In this document: one piece after another, positions 47,840 to 52,568 of the stretch
How the letters are laid out: the number at the start of each line of letters is the position of its first letter
Position numbering within the stretch: the stretch's first letter is position 1
Source: an uncultured Bacilli bacterium
GTDB lineage: Bacteria; Bacillota_I; Bacilli_A; RF39; UBA660
NCBI GenBank assembly: GCA_944331835.1
Contig: CALVIU010000058.1
Coordinates: forward strand, 1 to 52,568
DNA: 52,568 bases
Direction: 5' to 3'
The notes under the pieces: model-generated
The model's input: only the letters and a program-made list of their open reading frames with translations
The model's database searches: none
Told to the model about the DNA's origin: nothing
Made by a program: the position numbers and the translations under genes

Positions 47840-48913
47840 TTAAGATATTTCTAAATTTTGACCTTCAGGTTGTATTTGAATAAATGTATTTCCGTCGTTA
47901 ACAATCAATTCTTCACCGTTTTCATAATAGTACTTAGTTTGAGAAGAACGACTACTCTTTTCCCATGTTATTGGTACGGCATATCCTCCGCTGATAAAAT
48001 AGCCTGTACCGCTACCAATGTTTTCAAGTTCTTGTCTACCTTTATTTTCACCATCATTTAGGGTATAGTTATCAACTTGATATGTAATGATGTTTTTAAA
48101 AGTGTATTGTTCTTTAGTAACATAATCGGTATGTTCTTTATCATTTACAAATCTTTTATAAACTTTAGCTTCACTATCATATTCATAACTAGATGTTATC
48201 GTTCCAGAATATTTTATGCTAACATTCTCTGCAGGTATTGCTCCATCAAGACTAGCCATGTCAATTTCATCGACACTATAATTTAATAATAAATCATTTT
48301 TTCTTTCTGTTCTTTTACTTCCTAAACCATTTTCTAATTTTTCAATGCTTGTAAATAAGCGATGTTCACTTGATACATTTAAACTGGTGTCTCGCCAGCC
48401 GGTTTTATTTTCAGATACTTCAATACGCTCTATACCCAAGGCTGTAAAATCCCTTTTGGCTTGTGGACTTTGGCCATGATGGACATATATTGCATCATTT
48501 TCTAAAGCATAGTCTAGAAAATAATGACGAGCACTACGAATTGAACCTATTCTTTCAGTATCTTGGTCTAAAAATAGGGCCATATATCTGGTTATTCCAC
48601 CTTCAACAATTATTTCATAAATAATATAAGCATCTTGCAAACCACTTTGGTATGGGCGAGCAACGTTTATATTATTAATCATAACAGCATAAGGTCTACT
48701 GGTAGAATCTTCATCAACTATTTGAAGTTTTTTTACTTCTTCAACCTTATCTGGTTCTTTATTATTATCACCAGTTTTGTCTACTTCATTATTATTTGAT
48801 AATACTAAACTGACAATAATGGCAGCAATCACTACAATTAATAGGATAATGCCACCGATTATTAGTATTTTTTTATTCTTTTTACCTATTCTAATCTTCT
48901 TTGATTTCGCCAT
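47840..48913 (-). CDS. DUF3048-family (YerB-like) membrane-anchored protein
   Basis: N-terminal TM. The PYAVMINNINVARPYQSGLQDAYIIYEIIVEGGITRYMALF block matches the DUF3048 core as recalled. Confidence 0.78.
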   Translation of the reverse strand: MAKSKKIRIGKKNKKILIIGGIILLIVVIAAIIVSLVLSNNNEVDKTGDNNKEPDKVEEVKKLQIVDEDSTSRPYAVMINNINVARPYQSGLQDAYIIYEIIVEGGITRYMALFLDQDTERIGSIRSARHYFLDYALENDAIYVHHGQSPQAKRDFTALGIERIEVSENKTGWRDTSLNVSSEHRLFTSIEKLENGLGSKRTERKNDLLLNYSVDEIDMASLDGAIPAENVSIKYSGTITSSYEYDSEAKVYKRFVNDKEHTDYVTKEQYTFKNIITYQVDNYTLNDGENKGRQELENIGSGTGYFISGGYAVPITWEKSSRSSQTKYYYENGEELIVNDGNTFIQIQPEGQNLEIS

Positions 48914-48914
48914 A

Positions 48915-49340
48915 CTACCTCCGACGATCCATTCGTTCTAAATCTCTTTTTTTTATGGTTTCACGTTTATCATACAATTTTTTACCACGAGCAACCCCAA
49001 TCAATATCTTGGCTTTACCTTCTTTAATATATACTTTTAAAGGAATTATTGAATAACCTTCTTTTTTGACCTTTTCAAGCAATTTCTTTATTTCTTTTTT
49101 ATGCAAGAGTAATTTACGTTCTCTACTTGGATCATGATTGAATATACTGCCTGAATCATATTTTTCAATGAACATGTTAATAATATATGCTTCATTATTT
49201 TTAATACGTATGTAAGAATCACTTATATCGATTGATCCTTTACGCACAGATTTTATTTCGGTGCCAACTAAAACTAGACCGGCTTCAATTTCGTCTTCAA
49301 TAAAGTAATTGAAATAGGCTTTTTTATTCTTGATCTCCAT
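48915..49340 (-). CDS. smpB: SsrA-binding protein SmpB
   Basis: KKAYFNYFIEDEIEAGLVLVGTEIKSVR.. and a basic C-terminal tail. Start at the ATG at 49340 behind GGAGG. It overlaps the rnr 3' end by 17 nt. Confidence 0.95.
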   Translation of the reverse strand: MEIKNKKAYFNYFIEDEIEAGLVLVGTEIKSVRKGSIDISDSYIRIKNNEAYIINMFIEKYDSGSIFNHDPSRERKLLLHKKEIKKLLEKVKKEGYSIIPLKVYIKEGKAKILIGVARGKKLYDKRETIKKRDLERMDRRR

Positions 49341-51432
49341 TTGATACCTCCACCACTTCAAAATCTACTGTGCTATTTTCTTTACTTGCGGCAGTAACAA
49401 CAACTGTTACCTCATCACCAATACGATATTTTTTACCATTATCATCACGAACTAAAGACAAAATTTCAGGAACATAATTATAATAACCATCAAGGGTACT
49501 GATATGAACTAGACCCTGAACAAGATTTTCTAATTCAACAAAGAAACCAAAACTAGTAACTCCGCTGATAATTCCTTGATATTGTTCTCCGATATGGTCT
49601 TCCATATATTCTGCCATTTTCATTGATAATACGTCCCGTTCGGCTTCAGTTGCAGCCACTTCCATTTCACTAGAATTGGTAGCCACATCTATTAAGTACT
49701 TTTGATTAAAATTAATTGTTTCTAAATCAATTCTTTGTTCAAATAGATAAGTACGTAATAATCTATGAACAGTAAGATCTGGAAATCTTCTTATTGGACT
49801 AGTAAAGTGGGTATAGTTTTGTGATGCAAGACCAAAGTGACCAATATTATTGGTGCTATATACGGCTTTTTTCATACTACGAAGAAGCATATCTGAAAGA
49901 ATAGCAAATTCTTTTTTGTCTTTTAACTCTTCTAATATATGTTGCATAGTCATTGGTGTTAATTTGCTCATATTAGTGTGAATTTGATAACCCATTTGAT
50001 TAATTAAATTTTTAAAATCTTCAATCTTTTCTGGATTAGGCAAATCATGAACACGGTAAATAAATGGTAAATCCATGTTGTTGATATGAGTTGCTATAGT
50101 TTCATTGGCCACAATCATAAAATCCTCGATTAGATTTTCGCCATCTCCTCTAGTTCTTTTGACAATATCTATGGCTTTACCATTCTCATCTTGAATAACT
50201 TTGGCTTCATCTAATCCAAAATCGATATAACCACGAGACATTTTTTCTGCTCGCAATATTTTGGCAAGTTCATTCATTTCCTTTAATTTTTCGGCGTATG
50301 GTTCATAACCTTCAGGAACAGTATCTTCCATCAAAATCTTATTAACGTTTTTATAAGTCATTTGTTTATTAGATTTAATGTATGATGGAAAGATATCATA
50401 ATCGATGACTTTACCCTTAGGATTAATGGTCATCACACAACTTATAGTAAGCCTGACAACTTCGGGGTTTAATGAACATATGCCATTTGACAATTGATGA
50501 GGAATCATTGGAATTACTGTATCTGCTAGATAACTAGATGTTCCTCTAGAAAATGCTGTTTCATAAAGCTGTGTTCCCACACGAACATAATGTGATACAT
50601 CGGCGATGTGAACTCCTAAAATATAATTATCATTATTTTTTTCTAAGCTTATAGCATCGTCGATATCTTTAGTGTCATCACCATCAATAGTAAAAATCAT
50701 TTCATTAGTTAAGTCTTTACGACCTTTTAATTCTTCTGGTTTTACCTCATCCGGAATTGTTTCAAGCTCTTTTATTACCGCATCATTAAAAACAGTTTCG
50801 ATACCATGTCTTAAAGCAATTGATAGAATATCAACTCCAGGATCGTTTTTATGTCCAATTATTTGGATAACTTTTCCTAGAAATGTTCTAGTTCCTATTT
50901 CTCTAATTATATTAACAACTACTTTGTGTCCTTCGACACATTGTCTAGTGCTTTCCTTAGTAAGTTTTACTATTATATTTAATTTTTCATCATCTGGTTT
51001 AAATGTCAATTTATTCTTGATTTTAATCATTTCACCAACAACGTTTTTGATATCTCTTTTTAAAATTTTTAAAACGCGGCCTTCCATTTCGCCGTGATAA
51101 TTGACAAAATCTATTTCAACAAAATCGCCATCAATTGCTCCATGTAAAAATTCATTTCTTATAAAAATGTCTTCTTCACCCGGTATATCTACAAAACCAT
51201 TACCACTACGATTTATGCTAATACGACCACATTTTAAAGTTTTAGTGTTACTCATCAAAAGAAATTCATGCTTTTTTGATTCATGAATTATACCATCTTT
51301 AGTCATTTCTTCTAAAGTGTTTTCAAGCTCTTGAATATCTTCAACCTTTTTAAGACCTAATTTGTCATTTATTTGTATTACGCTTTGTGCTTTTGTTTCA
51401 TCCTTTAATATTTCTAATATCTTTTCCTTCAT
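49324..51432 (-). CDS. rnr: Ribonuclease R
   Basis: 702 aa. Cold-shock/OB domains, RNB catalytic domain (IDGDDTKDIDDAIS, HFGL...YTHFTSPIRRFPDL) and a C-terminal S1 domain. Confidence 0.95.
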   Translation of the reverse strand: MKEKILEILKDETKAQSVIQINDKLGLKKVEDIQELENTLEEMTKDGIIHESKKHEFLLMSNTKTLKCGRISINRSGNGFVDIPGEEDIFIRNEFLHGAIDGDFVEIDFVNYHGEMEGRVLKILKRDIKNVVGEMIKIKNKLTFKPDDEKLNIIVKLTKESTRQCVEGHKVVVNIIREIGTRTFLGKVIQIIGHKNDPGVDILSIALRHGIETVFNDAVIKELETIPDEVKPEELKGRKDLTNEMIFTIDGDDTKDIDDAISLEKNNDNYILGVHIADVSHYVRVGTQLYETAFSRGTSSYLADTVIPMIPHQLSNGICSLNPEVVRLTISCVMTINPKGKVIDYDIFPSYIKSNKQMTYKNVNKILMEDTVPEGYEPYAEKLKEMNELAKILRAEKMSRGYIDFGLDEAKVIQDENGKAIDIVKRTRGDGENLIEDFMIVANETIATHINNMDLPFIYRVHDLPNPEKIEDFKNLINQMGYQIHTNMSKLTPMTMQHILEELKDKKEFAILSDMLLRSMKKAVYSTNNIGHFGLASQNYTHFTSPIRRFPDLTVHRLLRTYLFEQRIDLETINFNQKYLIDVATNSSEMEVAATEAERDVLSMKMAEYMEDHIGEQYQGIISGVTSFGFFVELENLVQGLVHISTLDGYYNYVPEILSLVRDDNGKKYRIGDEVTVVVTAASKENSTVDFEVVEVSNGDQE

Positions 51433-51434
51433 TT

Positions 51435-51800
51435 TTAACCTTCTTCATAGGTACAAATCATTTTGTTGTCTTCCCAAGTAATTTGTACATAGCTAGTTGT
51501 ATTTTCACTAATCGGTTCATTTGTTCTAGGATTGATTAAGTCTGCAGATAAATATTCATGAGTTATCAAGGTATTGTAACGTATTTTGCATAAATTTTCA
51601 TAAGCATTACAAATGGCTTCAGTAAAGTTCTCCTCACTTGCATAATCACATGCCGCTTGAGCAACTTTGGTTTCAAACTCATTAATTTCTTTATTTTTCA
51701 TACCACCGCAAACTAATACTGTTCCAAGTATGGCCAGTACAATCACTATCAAAATTAACAAAATTATTAATACCCGCTTTTTATTCTTCATATTTATCAC
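51435..51800 (-). CDS. Membrane-anchored pilin-like paralogue lacking the prepilin cleavage motif
   Basis: 121 aa. N-terminal TM but no G-F-T-L-x-E. The globular part aligns with the upstream pilin (AQAACDYASEEN / AEAACVYAEVND; LINPRTNEPISENTTSYVQITWEDNKMICTY / LTNPISDRPITDYNDNTVSITWNNGEKSCSY). Its stop lies 2 nt before the rnr ATG. Confidence 0.55.
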   Translation of the reverse strand: MINMKNKKRVLIILLILIVIVLAILGTVLVCGGMKNKEINEFETKVAQAACDYASEENFTEAICNAYENLCKIRYNTLITHEYLSADLINPRTNEPISENTTSYVQITWEDNKMICTYEEG

Positions 51801-51839
51801 ACTCTAAGTATATCACATTTATTTAAATTTAAAAATATT

Positions 51840-52208
51840 TTATTCTTCACTTTGTGGTAATTCTGGTATTGTATAAGAACAACTTTTTTCACCATTATTC
51901 CAAGTTATGGAAACTGTATTGTCATTATAATCTGTTATCGGTCTATCGCTTATCGGATTAGTTAATTCACTACTAAGTAATCCCGCACTAATTAAATCAC
52001 TAATTTTTACTGAAGTGCTAGTTGTAATATCATTAACTTCTGCGTAAACACATGCTGCTTCAGCAATAGTATTTACATATTCTTCAGCTTGACGTTCTTC
52101 TTGACGACCAAGCATACCGCTCATACTAACTCCAATTGTTACAGAAATTATAGCAATAAGGGTTATAGTAATAATTAATTCTACTAATGTAAATCCGCTA
52201 TTTTTCAT
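51840..52208 (-). CDS. Type IV pilin/pseudopilin-like protein with a prepilin-type N-terminal cleavage/methylation signal
   Basis: MKNSG/FTLVELIITITLIAIISV is a canonical class III signal (G-1, F+1, E+5) followed by the hydrophobic helix. Confidence 0.8.
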   Translation of the reverse strand: MKNSGFTLVELIITITLIAIISVTIGVSMSGMLGRQEERQAEEYVNTIAEAACVYAEVNDITTSTSVKISDLISAGLLSSELTNPISDRPITDYNDNTVSITWNNGEKSCSYTIPELPQSEE

Positions 52209-52302
52209 ATTATCACTATTTTATTATAACATAACTTTCTTATAGATAACATAAAAACTTCACTTTAAACTAGTATGATGTTATTGAAAGCGAGGTGATG
52301 TA

Positions 52303-52527
52303 ATGAATATAAAGATTATTGGGAGTAACTGTAGTAATGGAATAAAGCTCAAAAAGTTGTTGCTTAAGGTTGCCAACAATTATGACGGAGATGTCGATAT
52401 AGAGTTAAAAGACGACCAAGAATCAATGAGAAAGTACAATATTAAAAATAAACCCGTTTTGGTAATCAATGGAAAAAAATTCAGCGAAGGTAAACGGGAC
52501 TTAAACACTTTGTATAACCTAAAATAA
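52303..52527 (+). CDS. Small thioredoxin-fold protein (redox-active disulfide protein 2 / MTH895-like) with a degenerate CxxC (CSNG)
   Basis: 74 aa. MNIKIIGSNCSNG aligns with the MKI.I.G.GC..C start of this family, and NKPVLVINGK with the cis-Pro region. GAGGTGA RBS. Confidence 0.55.
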   Translation: MNIKIIGSNCSNGIKLKKLLLKVANNYDGDVDIELKDDQESMRKYNIKNKPVLVINGKKFSEGKRDLNTLYNLK

Positions 52528-52532
52528 TGAAA

Positions 52533-52557
52533 TCCATTGAAAAATGGGTATTTTTTT
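52533..52557 (+). terminator. Weak terminator after the small thioredoxin-like gene
   Basis: TCCAT-tgaaaa-ATGGG hairpin followed by TATTTTTTT. Confidence 0.4.
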
Positions 52558-52568
52558 GTCAAATTTTT

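Overview
This is a 52.6 kb, very AT-rich chromosomal segment. Protein-coding DNA is roughly 30% GC by eye; only the rRNA genes are GC-normal. It comes from a low-GC, cell-wall-bearing, probably anaerobic Bacillota-type bacterium. The standard genetic code applies, because TGA is used as a stop at several overlapping gene junctions. About 90% of genes lie on the minus strand.

Housekeeping content:
- A complete 16S-23S-5S rRNA operon (minus strand, no spacer tRNA, boxA-like elements).
- tmRNA (ssrA), with rnr-smpB elsewhere in the window, and tRNA-Cys.
- pheS-pheT behind a Phe T-box leader.
- tsaE-tsaB-rimI-tsaD and cdaA-cdaR.
- A TtcA-family PP-loop ATPase, an Ntdp/DUF402 phosphatase, an S41 Ctp protease and a SipW-type signal peptidase.

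Transport and regulation:
- A P-type Ca2+-type ATPase and a DAACS symporter.
- A MarR-controlled heterodimeric ABC exporter pair and an ABC-2-type exporter.
- A TetR/MMPL pair, and a TetR gene translationally coupled to a [FeFe]-hydrogenase.

Accessory-looking parts, most interesting first:
1. A roughly 5 kb block between tRNA-Cys and the marR-ABC operon. It opens with an orphan holin plus M23/SH3b peptidoglycan hydrolase pair. It continues with a bPH protein, a leaderless triple-LysM protein and two unknown membrane proteins. No phage structural genes are present. I propose a domesticated lysis or holin-dependent export module, as a hypothesis only.
2. A toxin-first HigB-like / HigA-ImmA(M78) fusion module inserted directly after pheST.
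3. A 115-aa HExxH mini-protein translationally coupled to pheT.
4. A prepilin plus degenerate pilin-like paralogue pair fused onto the rnr-smpB operon.
5. Two paralogous surface proteins, only one of which carries an NPSTG sorting signal.

No CRISPR array, transposase, integrase or recognisable defence enzyme was seen. All functional calls rest on motif recognition by eye; no database search was run.
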